Positions 10,748-21,961 of a stretch of 64,000 bases of DNA are shown here, one piece after another; positions within the stretch are counted from its first letter, which is position 1; the number at the start of each line of letters is the position of its first letter. The DNA lies in the NCBI GenBank assembly GCA_963829055.1, contig CAWHHI010000005.1, positions 307,970-371,969 of the forward strand. Direction: 5' to 3'. The stretch is from an uncultured Gemmatimonadaceae bacterium (GTDB lineage: Bacteria; Gemmatimonadota; Gemmatimonadetes; Gemmatimonadales; Gemmatimonadaceae). The position numbers and the translations under genes were made by a program. The notes under the pieces were generated by a model. The model saw nothing but the letters and a program-made list of their open reading frames with translations. It was not told the origin of the DNA and searched no databases.

Positions 10748-11903
10748 CTATCTCCGCCCGCGCAGCCACCGTGAATACACTTCACCGTGCACGTGAGCGT
10801 CATAGCGATACACGCGCAGCAGTACACTGTCGCCCGCGGCGAAATCGAGACGCATGAAGCCGCTCGTCGCCTGACCTACGTACAGGCTCTGACGGAGCCG
10901 CGCCGCGCATTCGCCCTTGCCGATCGATCCGGCTCCGCTCACGAGCACGTAGCTCGACGTCCGCCCTTGCAGGACCTGGAGACTGTGGTCGTGACCCGCG
11001 GCAAAGATCGAGCGGAGGGCGCGTCGCGAGCGCGGCATTCACGGAGTCCCGCATCATCGTGTAGTTCTTGCCGAACAGATCCTGGCTCGTGTTCGCCCAG
11101 CGCCGGAACAGCGCGAACGCGCCACAGTAGCCTCCGTGCGGACCGCCTGTCATCAACGGATGGTGCGCGGCGACGATCACCGCTTGACCCGGGCGGGTCG
11201 TGCGCAGGGAATCGCGAATGGCTTGCGTGATCTCGCCGATGGTGTGCGTCGTGCAGCCGGTCGCGCGATCATCCGAGGCGGAGTCGCGGACGATGTAGTT
11301 GTGCAGCCACCATTGCGTGTCGAGCAGCACGAGACGTACGCGCTCCCTGTCCACGACGACGGGCCCGGGGCAACCGTTAGGCGGCACCACCATGACTGTC
11401 GCGCCCGGGTTCTTCGGTCGCTGTGGAACCAGCGCGCCCTGGCGTCTGATGATGAACAGACCGTCGGCCGCGGTGGCGGCACCGAAGAATCCGCCCTGGC
11501 CGCCGTCGGCCCAGTCATGGTTCCCGGGCACGAAGATGCCGGTGGCGCCACTGGGCACTGCCCGGATCTGCGCGTCCAGGCGACGCAACACGTCCGCATA
11601 GTTCGTGGCGATCTCCGGAGCGGTTCCGGCGGGGTACACGTTGTCGCCGAGGAAGAGGATCGTCGCGCGAGGCCCGACCGCCGCCGCATGCATTGCGAGC
11701 GAGTCCAGCACGGTCGCGGGCAAACGCGGGTCAGGCTCTCCGGCATCCCCAATGAGGAAGATGGTCTCGACGATCTCTTGAGGGGTCGGCGTCGGTACTC
11801 GCGCGCTTCGACAGCCAGCAATCGCGCCGATCGCGCCGAGCATCAGCGCGAGTCGGCCGACGCGACGTGCGCGTCGATGGACTTGAGACGTCCACTTCGA
11901 CAC
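10748..11903 (-). CDS. Calcineurin-like metallophosphoesterase lipoprotein (frameshift ~11010)
   Basis: Lipobox IAGC; motifs LIGDAG, LGDNVY, PGNHDW, AHHP, and GHDHSLQ in the second frame. Confidence 0.85.
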
Positions 11904-11938
11904 TCGAGCCTCGTGTCTTTCAGGTTGCGGATGACGTA

Positions 11939-14656
11939 TCAGAACAATCCGGCCTTCAGGTAAAAACGGTGCTGATCGCCCCTGGCGTAGGCCATGCTGA
12001 TCGTCGTGCCTAACGCCTCGACCCACGCGCCGCCGCCGAGGCCAGTGTGCCATCCGCCGTCGCTTTCCCCCGACGACCACACTCGGCCGGCGTCGGCGAG
12101 CCCGAAGATCCCGGCATTCCAACGCAGAAGGAGATTGACGGTTCCCACCGGCACCCGAAGCTCCGTCGAGCCATCGACCGACGCGTCGCCACTGAACCGC
12201 TCCGACGTGTAGCCGCGCACCGTCGACCATCCGCCGATCGACGCGGCATACTGGACTGGGAACGCGCCGGACGTCATGCTCGCTCCGCCGCGCACGGCAA
12301 GGTGCACCCTGTTCGGCAGCAACGGAACGTACACGCTCCCCGCGGCACGTGTCGTCGTGAATGACTGCGACTGGTCCCAGAGCGGCGGGAACCCGACGCA
12401 CGTCCGCCTCGAGTCGCCACCCTCGCATCGGGACGCCATCCGAGTCCGTTCGATCCAGCTCGAGGCTCGCGCGAACGCCCACGTGCCCGAACGCGCTGTT
12501 GCCAGGTCCGCTCGAGCGTCGCCAGCGGCGAGTTGGGAGCCGCGTCCGGATCGAACCATGAAACTACGGGGCCGGCTTCCAGGCGACCCGCGATGGGTCG
12601 TACGAGCGAGGTCGCGTCTTCTCTGAACGCCTCCGTTTTGTTCGTCTCTCGTTCGCGCCATCCGAGGTGAAGTACCACGGCTGGCTCGAAGGCCATCACG
12701 GTCTGATTCACGAGACTCGCGTCCCGACTGGCCGAAGGCGTCGTCGTTACCGTAGCCATAGAACCGGAACGCCTCGAGTCGTGAGACGCACGCGCCGCGA
12801 CCGTGAACGCGACGGGGGAATTCTCCCGTCGATAGTCCGCGTCGGCGTGCAGGGCAAATCGGCCATTCCGCATGCCGGCCAATGCCGTTCCCTTGACCTC
12901 CCACAGATGAGGAAGCCGGCGGAAACCATACGACCGCAGTGAACGGCTGACGCCAACGATGACGCCGGCACCTGTCTGATATGACCCGGTCGGCGCCCAA
13001 CCGCCGGCGCTGCCCCAATCAGGTCTCCACGAGCCCCAGACCCTCATCCCGTTCGCCACCGTCGGCTCCCGCCACGGTCGCTCGCTCACGTGCGTGCCGC
13101 GCGCTCGCACGAACTCGTTCTCACCATCGGAGTCGTAGAAATGCGTCGCGCCTCCGCCGGCCGAGTCGGCGAGGACGTCGTCGTCGTATCCGCCGATCAC
13201 CCTGACGGTGATGGCGCCGGAAGCAACGCCGCGAACCGTCGCGTGATCGGCTCCGCCGAGCAGAAAGACTCTCGACCTCCTCTGTCTCGGAGGGAATGAA
13301 CGTTCGCTCGTAGAACGGTCGCCGCGGCGCCTCCGCTCCGCCGTCGTTCTGATTCTGCGACGACTCCGGGGAGCTCGCCGTGGTGCGGACGTCTTCATCG
13401 CCGCCAATGGTGACGGTGACGCGCCCATCCTCGTGCCTGACGATTTCCGCGCGCTCGTCATCCTCGGTGCCGTAGATGTCGACGTCCGTCGCGAGCTGCC
13501 CGTAGAGCGCCATGGCAACGGATGGTATTGCGTCGCGGCGAGTCCGAAGCACGGACCGAAGTCGCGCTGGCGCGGAGGTCTGTTCACGCCACGCGGCCGG
13601 CAACGCCGCGATCCCCTGCTCTATGACCTCGTCGGTGATCGCCGCCTGGACTCGGCGCGCCACTGCGGTGAAGTCGTCGCGCGTGAGGCGCTGGAGCAAA
13701 CGCCGGTCGTGGAAGTGCGTGCTGTACGTGAGCGCTTTCAGATCGTACGTCGGAGCGAAGGTGACCACCTTCGGATAGAACGATCGCGTGAGGAATCGGT
13801 TGACCAGGCCACGCGCATCCATGAGCGCCCAGTCGCGATCCTTCGCCAGTGCACGCCATTGGTATTCGGTCGAGTCACCGAATCGAACGAAGTCGGAGTT
13901 GTCGGGGGTGCGATCGCCGTCGTTGATCAGCAAGTCGATCAATCGGATCGCGAGGAACTCCTTCTCGTCGAATCGGTGGGCACGGCTCGATCGCAGGTCC
14001 TCGAAGAACTCTTCGGATCCGGTGATCTTTGTCGAGCCGGCAAACCCTGGCTTATCGTTAGGCGCTTCCTCGGGCTTGAGCTCCATGGTCCCGAGCATCC
14101 CAGCCAGACTGTCACGATAGACGCCGAGGCGCGGATCGTCAGCGAGGCGGACCATCGTCGGGTCGAGGTGGAGCGCCTTGATGGCGTCGAGCAGCGGAGG
14201 GACGACGACCGGCGCGCCCGGGAAGAGCGCGCTCACCTGATCCTGGATGACGCGTCCGGTGGCCGTCTCACGGAGCGCCCGCGGCAGGGTCATCACCGGA
14301 AACTTGTTGACCGTTCGAAACCGGTACTCCTTCCATCCGGATTCTTCCTGGAGGTGCAGGGTGATGCTCTGATAGCCACCCCCGCGCTCGAGGACTTTGA
14401 GTCCGCCGGCGAACGTGGAGAGCTGAAGAGACGGTACCGAGACCGGTGTCAACCAGACGTCGCGCCATCCGGCTCCGAGCAGCGTTCGCTTGAAGCCGTC
14501 GGCCGCGTAGTGCTGGCCCGTTACGGTCGTGGTGAGACTATCCCTGCGTTTACCGCCCAGTGAGTCGACGGGTTTTTGCCCGTCGGCGTCGATTGGAAGG
14601 AAGGCAACGGTACCTGCTGCGGCAATTCTGAATGTCGCGACTCGCAATGCGCCCAT
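11939..14656 (-). CDS. Kinase-like N-terminal region + BamA/TamA (Omp85)-like barrel (several frameshifts)
   Basis: GGGYQS...FRTVNK and DLLINDGDRTPDN in the N-terminal part; LLGGADH/VRVIGGYDDD in the middle; VRGYTSERFSGD, DAGRVW, GWHTGLGGG and terminal GLF in the barrel. Confidence 0.75.
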
Positions 14657-14736
14657 GGTTCACTCCGGTAGGCGCCCGAAACGCAGGATGCGCGCCGATG
14701 AGTCTGGTGTCGATCTTGCTTTTGGGATTTGGCTCA

Positions 14737-16056
14737 ATGACCTCAGCGCGCACTTCGAGCTGCATGGCACTCGATACGCTTCAGCGAAACACGTTCGAGT
14801 ATTTCCTGAAGGAATCGAATCCGGCGAACGGACTCGTGCCGGACAACACGCGGCCTGGCGCGCCCTCGAGCATCGCGGCGGTCGGACTGGCGCTCGCCTG
14901 TTACCCCGTTGGGGCCGAGCGCGGATTCATCACGCGCGCCGACGCGATCCGGCGAACGCTCACCAGCCTGCGGTTCTTCCGAGACAGTCGGCACAGCGAG
15001 GAAAGCACGGCCACGGGCTACAAAGGGTTCTACTATCACTTCCTCGACATGCGAACCGGGGAGCGCACGTGGAACTCCGAGCTCTCGACGATCGACACGA
15101 CCTATCTGCTCGCCGGTGGCTTGCTGGCGGCCGCGTACTTCGACCGCGACACGAACGATGAACGCGAGATTCGTTCGACCGCCGTCGACCTCTACCACCG
15201 CGCTGACTGGCAGTGGGCACAGAACGGGGCGATGACCGTTTCGCACGGCTGGAAGCCCGAGCGTGGATTTCTGAAATACCGGTGGGAAGGCTATAACGAG
15301 GCGTTGCTGCTCTACGTGCTCGGATTGGGCTCTCCCACTCACCCGTTGCCTAACGACAGTTACGCCGCGTGGACGGCGAGTTATCGCTGGAAGAAACTCT
15401 ATGGGATCGAGTTTCTGTACGCTGGCCCGCTGTTCATCCACCAACTCTCGCACGTCTGGATCGACTTTCGCGCCATTCAGGACGACGTCATGCGTGGCCG
15501 CGGACTCGACTACTTCGAGAACAGCCGTCGCGCAGCACATGTGCAGCGGCAGTACGCGATCCGTAACCCGAGAGGATTCACGGGCTACAACGAAAACTGC
15601 TGGGGGATCACCGCGAGCGATGGCCCCGGTCCCGCACGACGGAAGGTGAATGGCATCGACCGCCGCTTCTATGACTACCGAGCGCGCAGCGTCCCGTTCG
15701 GGCTGGACGATGGTACCATCGCGCCGTGGGCAGTAGCCGCGTCGCTGCCCTTCGCGCCCGAGATCGTCCTGCCCGCACTCGAACACTTCAACGCGACGTA
15801 TCCCGAGATCACGAGTGAATACGGATTCAAGTGCAGCTTCAATCCGAGCTTCACGGTCGGAACGCCACGCGCCCGCGGTTGGATTTCCGAGGGCTACTAT
15901 GGACTCGATCAGGGCCCCGTCGTGTTGATGATCGAGAACTATCGATCGGGGTTGGTGTGGCAACTGATGCGCGAGTGTCCGTCCATCGTCACTGGGCTGC
16001 AGCGCGCCGGATTCACCGGAGGATGGTTGGGATCTGCATCATCCAACGGTGATTAG
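14737..16056 (+). CDS. Glucoamylase/glycoamylase-domain protein (GH144-like)
   Basis: SSIAAVG, GFYYHFLD, ELSTIDT, WEGYNE, GPLFIHQLSH, WGITASDGP, DDGTIAP, GLDQGP...IENYRSG. Confidence 0.88.
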   Translation: MTSARTSSCMALDTLQRNTFEYFLKESNPANGLVPDNTRPGAPSSIAAVGLALACYPVGAERGFITRADAIRRTLTSLRFFRDSRHSEESTATGYKGFYYHFLDMRTGERTWNSELSTIDTTYLLAGGLLAAAYFDRDTNDEREIRSTAVDLYHRADWQWAQNGAMTVSHGWKPERGFLKYRWEGYNEALLLYVLGLGSPTHPLPNDSYAAWTASYRWKKLYGIEFLYAGPLFIHQLSHVWIDFRAIQDDVMRGRGLDYFENSRRAAHVQRQYAIRNPRGFTGYNENCWGITASDGPGPARRKVNGIDRRFYDYRARSVPFGLDDGTIAPWAVAASLPFAPEIVLPALEHFNATYPEITSEYGFKCSFNPSFTVGTPRARGWISEGYYGLDQGPVVLMIENYRSGLVWQLMRECPSIVTGLQRAGFTGGWLGSASSNGD

Positions 16057-16189
16057 TGTGCATCACGAGACTATTCCGCTACCAAGGCAATGTCACAGGG
16101 AAAGTGCCGTGCAACGGGATCGACTGAGTCAACTGCTCCAGGATGGTCGCGCGCGACCCCGCGAAGATCGCCGACAGCTCGGCGCGAGC

Positions 16190-16504
16190 CTGTTCGAACG
16201 TTGGCGGTGACCGCGGTGCCTCCGATGCGAACCGGCTCGCCGAAGCCGACCAGGTTGACCTCGTTCCCGGTTAACGCGCCCCAGCCGCGCGTCCTGGTCA
16301 CCGTGGCGGCGACGTCGCGGAAGTTGGCTGGTGAGAGCTCGTTCATGCACCCCAGCCACCGCCGTCCTTCGGCCCTTCGCAGAGCCTAACGAGTGCGGTC
16401 GCGCCGGGGAACGGGAGCGGACGGCGGAGAACGGCATCGGCGACCGGACGAAGCCGCGCGAGCGGCTCATCGTGCGCATGGCATAATGCAGGTCGTGGCG
16501 TAGA
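16190..16504 (-). pseudogene. Fragments of an ABC-type (ADOP-like) permease N-terminus
   Basis: LRHDLHYAMRTMSRSRGF; DAVLRRPLPFPGATALVRL; SPANFRD...NLVGFGEPVRIGGTAVTAN. Internally deleted and frameshifted. Confidence 0.7.
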
Positions 16505-16666
16505 ATCGTCGAGGTCGAGAAGCGCCGCACGCGTCCCGACGACGAGCGCCGCCGGTACTATCGCATTACCCCGTTCGCCAACTCGGTCGCACGCGCGGTG
16601 GTTCGACGGCTCCTGCAGCTCGTGCGTCACGCGCAGGCGCGCGGTCTCACGCCACGAGCAGTCTGA
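16505..16666 (+). pseudogene. C-terminal half of a PadR-family regulator
   Basis: Manual translation: IVEVEKRRTRPDDERRRYYRITPFANSVARAVVRRLLQLVRHAQARGLTPRAV*. No N-terminus. Confidence 0.75.
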
Positions 16667-16785
16667 CCTCTTCGAGCGTCGCCGGCGGGTTCGGAGCGGG
16701 CCATCAGCGGCGTTAGGCAGAAACCGAACGGGCGCGAGTTATTGCCTGTATTGCAGATGGCTAGGGACGGAATCGAACCGCGGGC

Positions 16786-17685
16786 TCAGCGGAGGAGTTC
16801 GCCGAGCCGCTTCATGTCGAGACGTCCATGGCCGATCTCGCTGTCGTGTCCGGGAATGCCGTCCGGCCGATAAGCGGACAGCCTCAACAGCTCTCGCACA
16901 TCGCCCGGGGTCAGACTGGGCTTCTTTCGCCGCGCCAGCCATACCGCTGCGGTCACCATCGCGGCAGCGAAGGATGAACCGCTAAGGTACTTGTAGTCGA
17001 AGGGGTCGTCCCCGATCACGGTGAGAATGCTCTCTCCGGGCGCCGAAACCCGAATGTGCTCTCCCCTGTTCGAACCAGATGCCGGTCTGTCCTCCATGTT
17101 CGTGGCGCCGACGGCGATCACGTTAGGATTGGCTGCCGGGTAGATCGGTCCGTCGTCGGGATCGTTGCCGCTGCCCATTGCGGCGACGACTACAACGCCA
17201 TTTCGCACGCACGCCGCGATGGCGTCGTCGAGATCGCGCTGGTTCGGTAGTGCGATGCTCAAGCTCAGATTGACGACTGGAAGCTTCAACCGGGCGACTT
17301 CGAACAATGCCGTTCGAACGGCTCCGAGGTCGAATCGTTCGTCGGCATCCCATGCGCTATACACGCGCACTCTCGCGGAGCAGCAGCCGTCCATCCTGCC
17401 GTCGGCATCCCCTTCGTAGTCGTCGCGCCGCGCGGCAATGACGGCAGCAACGGCCGCGGCGTGCGCCGCCCGAGAGGTACATGACGGCGCAGGTTTGCGA
17501 GTGACGCGGCCAGCCAGCTCCCGGTGGTTCAGGCCCTTCTCACCCCGGTCGATGACCGCGATTTCCCCCGGATCTGGTCCCGTGTCGAGCGTCGGCCAGA
17601 CCGCTGGAAAGCCGCACCGATAGAGCGCCCACTGCCTGTCCGGGTCGGGTCCCGTCTGGACTCCTGAACGCAATGGAGCAGTCAT
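16786..17685 (-). CDS. S8 (subtilase) serine protease, catalytic domain only
   Basis: IAVIDRG (Asp), HAAAVAAVIAA (His), VVNLSL, YPAANPNVIAVGA, APGESI, SGSSFAA (Ser), GHGRLD. No signal or prodomain. Confidence 0.85.
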   Translation of the reverse strand: MTAPLRSGVQTGPDPDRQWALYRCGFPAVWPTLDTGPDPGEIAVIDRGEKGLNHRELAGRVTRKPAPSCTSRAAHAAAVAAVIAARRDDYEGDADGRMDGCCSARVRVYSAWDADERFDLGAVRTALFEVARLKLPVVNLSLSIALPNQRDLDDAIAACVRNGVVVVAAMGSGNDPDDGPIYPAANPNVIAVGATNMEDRPASGSNRGEHIRVSAPGESILTVIGDDPFDYKYLSGSSFAAAMVTAAVWLARRKKPSLTPGDVRELLRLSAYRPDGIPGHDSEIGHGRLDMKRLGELLR

Positions 17686-17757
17686 CGGACTCGCGGCAGC
17701 TCAGCCGCGCACTCCGTCCCACTGTGAACGGATGCGCGGCATGTCGCGTCGATCAGA

Positions 17758-18742
17758 TCAGGGGAGTCCGAATTGTCCGCCCGTGCACCCTGTGCTTCCC
17801 GTCGTGCGCGCTGGCCTATTCGTGAGCTTGGGATACGGAAACTTGTGCCCGCGCCCGCCAAATACCTCGAGAAGGCTACCGCCATCACTAGCCTCAAACA
17901 AACGGAACAGCCATTTGAAGTCGACGTCGTCCTTCTGGAATCTGTGCTCGAACTCCTTCCATTCGAGCGGGTTGGTCTCGCAAAGGTTGGCGATCTTGAG
18001 TTTGATGACTCCTTTCCGTCGCCGCCGGGGACCGGCCTAAGCGTAAGCGACGGATTCTCTTTACCCGGTTCCCAACTCTGAATTCGGATATTGATGGAAG
18101 CCCTCTGGGAGCGAGTCCGTTTTATTGGTCGCGTCCATATGATCGAGCCCGCCCAGTCAGCGTCGGGCTTGTCCCAATCGGCGGTCTTGACCTGTTGCGC
18201 GGCCGGATTGCTCCTGCCGGGTCCGCCGATTGTTGCTGCGGTGAGCTTACCTCCTCGCAGGAGTCGTCCGAACGTTTAGCTCTGTCGGGCGGGGTGGCTG
18301 AATCCAGGCCGACCTTGAGCTTGATCTGAGGCTTGTAGACGGAGAGGTCCGGCAAAGGGAGGGGGTCTGGGACAAGCTGGACGATCGATCCCTGTGACTC
18401 CTCCGGCTCGAAGAAGAGCTCTTCGCGGCTGAGTCGCCGCACGACTTGGAATCGTGGGCCATCGGCGACGAAGCCGGGCCTTACTCTCTTGGCAGATTCT
18501 GGCTCAAGGTTCGCCAGGTCCATCAGCAAGTACGGAACATGACGCGCACCTACGTCTTCATCCTCATGGTGGTTGCGGACCCGCTCATTTGGCACGCAGG
18601 TCGGGATCAGAACGCTGACGGTCGTCTCTTGCCCGGCCGACTTCGCGCGATCAATCACGTACAGACAGACGCCCGCAAACTCGACGGACAACGTGACCTC
18701 GTTCGTTTCCGACACGGACGTGTTGCTCTTGGTAGTGGCCAT
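17758..18742 (-). CDS. Hypothetical protein ~328 aa (frameshifts near 18270 and 18010)
   Basis: RBS GGGAGGG and ATG 18742. Manual re-framing continues LRGGKLTAATIGG...WAGSIIWTRP...VIKLKIANLCETNPLEWKEF...DDVDFKWLFRLF...FPYPKL...GCTGGQFGLP to TGA 17758. Confidence 0.7.
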
Positions 18743-18773
18743 CTCGCCCTCCCGGTCAATCGTGGTAGCCTGA

Positions 18774-21700
18774 CTAAGGACCCGTGTAGACGAACGCCCC
18801 CCACGCCCTCGGAGACCGCAACTCCGGACGCCGCGAGCTGAGCGCGTCCTGCTGCGCCAAGCGAAGCGCCTCGGCGGCGGGCATACCGCCTGCAAAACGG
18901 TTGTGAAACGACACCAGCAGCTCGGTTGTCGCCTCGTCGTCCACGTCCCACAACGTGCTCACCGTGGCCGGCGCGCCCGCGCGCAGGAAGCTGTACGCCA
19001 GGCCCGCGATCGCGCCCATACGACTCCGCCGCGGGTTGAGCGTGCTGCAGGCCGACAACACGACGATCTGCAGATTAGACAGACGCAGTCTTCCAATTTC
19101 CGCGGCGCGCAGTATTCCCACCTCGCCCGCGTGCTGGCTGGCGAGGGCGAGGTACGATAGCTCGGGTTGATCGCCGTTTGCCACCGCGTGACCGGCGAAG
19201 TGAAAGACGCCGTACTTCGGAAGGAGCTCCAGCACTGAATCACGCGACGCCTCGGCGCCCCTCAGGAGCTTCCCTCGACCGTACTGCCGAGCGACCTCCT
19301 CGGCCTCGCGGAACGCACCGGGAAGCGGTGGGAGCCCAGCCGCCGACGCGGCGTCGAGCTTCGGGATTCCCGATCACGAGCGCGCTCGAACGCGAGTTCC
19401 GTCGACGCAGCCCTCGACGCTGCGACGAGAAAGGCGGCGCTCGGCAGCGTACGAACCCGATAATCCTGGAGTACGTAGCGACCAGTCCCGCGATTCCAGA
19501 GCGCGGCGAACGGCACGCGAGCCAGCTCTCGATCCGGCACGACGACAATCTCTCCACGCCCAGCCAGCTCGCTCGCGAAAGGAGCCACGAGCAGATCGAA
19601 CAAACGTGCCCGCGCGCTCGCGGTATCGACATCGGGGTTACCCATCTCGCGCGTGAACCGCTCAACGAGCTGGGCGACGGAGTCCCGACGCACGGCAACC
19701 GTATGGGGCCGCGACCCGCGGGAAGACACGATCCACATCGCGAGCGTGTCGGGCAGCAGCGCATACTCCACGAACACCGCGTTGGCAGGCAGCAGCTCGC
19801 GGATGCGCGTTAGGCTCGCGGGCGTGCGCCCATTACCGAGCGCGAGGCGCGCGTCGGGAGCCCACGCGGCGACGCGCCCACGCTCCAGATATGCAAACGC
19901 CGAGTCGGACCTCTTGTTGGCGAGCTCGATCCGTATTTTCGCGTCGAAGACGCGCTCGACCGTCTCATACAGCGTGGCTCGCGTCTCTGGCAAAGCGAAG
20001 GACGCGCTCTGTCGCTCGATGGCATCGATGGCTTCCTGCAGCCGAGCGCGGGCGCCAACCTCGTCGCCGGCTGACTGTGCTGCCACAGCCTCCTGGTAGA
20101 GCGCCTCCGCGAGGAACCCGTCGGTCTTCAGGCCCCGGTAAACGCTAGCAACGTGTGCCAGCGTCCGCATGGCGGCCTGTGGATCCTCGGCACGTTCGAT
20201 TGCGCCGCGAACCAGGAGCAGATCCGCAAGCGTGCGATCATGCCCCGGTCCCGCGACAATGCTGTCCACCGATTGCAGCGCCTCATCGAGCTCCGCGCGG
20301 GCGGCGTTCAGGCGTCCGAGCGCGATGAGGTCCTTCGCCCGGAAGACATGCGCGAACGCGATATCTTTCGGGCGATTGAGCGTTGGCACTACTTCGAGCA
20401 CCTCGTCCGTGATGGCCAGCGCGGCGTGGCTCAAGCCGTCGGCGCGTGCGTAGGTGGCAACGGTCATTAGGAGGTTAATGAGGTTGCGATGACCGGCGAA
20501 ACGGTGAGAGACGCCGGAGCCCGACCAGCGCTTCGCTCTGTCCAGCGGGGATCTGTCCTGAGAACTGAAGCCCCTCTGCCAGGAGATAGGAGATCGCGCC
20601 GAGATTCTCCGGCTCGCCCGCTTTCTCGAAGAATGGCTCCGCTTCCCGGTAACGATTGTTCGCGACATCGTAGGCGCCGCGAAGGAGCTGTGACACGCCG
20701 AGGAACCAGAGGGCTTTGCCGACCAGCGCCGGCTCGTCTGGACCCGCAGTGCGTCGCACGTCGAGTAGCAGCCGGTCAGCAATGGTGTAGTGGCCACGAA
20801 AGATCTCTGTCGACCCGCGGAACAGCGCGGCCCATTGCGCCAGCGGTGACCCAGCGTCCCGAAGCGTTGGCTCCGCGTGTGCGAGTGCCGCCACCGCGTC
20901 GTTTTGCGCCCACGTGAAGCTTCCCGTCATACCATCCACGAACTCCACGTGAGCGCGGGCGAGGGCGGCCAAGTGTACGCCGGTCCCGTGAGTGCGTCTC
21001 GAGCGCGCGGACCGCGAGAATCACCGTGTGATCCGCGTTCATCGCCCCAAGCATCTCAGCGATCGCGCGGACTCGGCGCAACGCTTCCGCCGCAGCCGAC
21101 GCTGTCGCCGCGCTGGACGGCGTTGCCCCACCGGCTAAACAACGTGAACGAGGCGTCGCGAGCGCCCTCCGGCCAGCGCTCGACACGCGTGCGAAGCTCG
21201 CGACGCGCCGAACTGTCGTCACGCGCCGCCAACGAGTCGATGGCTTCGGGCCTCGCGTCGGTGTCGAGACGTGTGCGAACGAGTCGTAGTCGCGCTTCCC
21301 CCTCGGCTCTCCAAGGTGCGCGGCGCTCGGCGGCCGTGTACCGCGTCCAGGCTCGCTCCGCATCCCTGAGCAGGTAGAGTCGCTCGAGGATCAGCGCGCG
21401 ATTGAACAGCACTGCGGGGAGTGTACTGTCACACGCCATCGCTCGCTCAATGGCGTCGAGCGCCTTGAGCATCGGGAGAAGCTGCTGGTCCCGCTCGGCC
21501 ACCGCGAGGTAGGCAGCGGCGAGGTCATTGAGGAAACCGGCATTGTTCGGTGCAAGACGATTCGCGCGCTCCAGGCCTTCGACCGCCTGATCAATGCCTT
21601 GTGGATTCCCTTCCAGCGATCGAAGCGCGAGGAGCCCGTTCGCGTGGAGCGCGCGCGGAGTGGAGTCCGATCGGAGCCAGCGCCGCGCAGCACCGGCGAT

Positions 21701-21961
21701 GCCGGCAATGTGCTCGAGACTCTTGGAACGTGCCGCGGGCGCCTGGCCGCACCGCTCGCGGGTAATGCGCGCTGTGCCGTCGCTCGTGTCGCACGGGTGC
21801 CAGTTGGCTTCGCCGGCCAGGGTCGCGGCCATGAACCGGTCGCGGAGGAGCGCGCGCTCGAGCTGCTGGGCGCCGGATGCATCGTCGCGCGTGGCGCGAC
21901 ATGCGAGGAGTAGAACAAGGCCGGCGCACACGCCGGTGCTCACCCCGGCGCGGCCGTTCAT
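18774..21961 (-). CDS. TPR-repeat + CHAT (caspase-like) protease, lipoprotein-like N-terminus (several frameshifts)
   Basis: LVLLLAC; FLNDLAAAYL, LFNRALILERL TPRs; VVPDRELARVPFAAL; FHFAGH (His), VVLSACST (Cys), FLRAGA..VSTLWDVDD, WGAF. Confidence 0.85.

Noticed and set aside
17758..18742. Calling the middle gene a bacterial gasdermin
   Set aside because: The context fits, but I see no recognisable gasdermin sequence features; a structure search is needed.
18774..21961. Craspase / type III-E CRISPR association of the TPR-CHAT
   Set aside because: No cas genes or array nearby.
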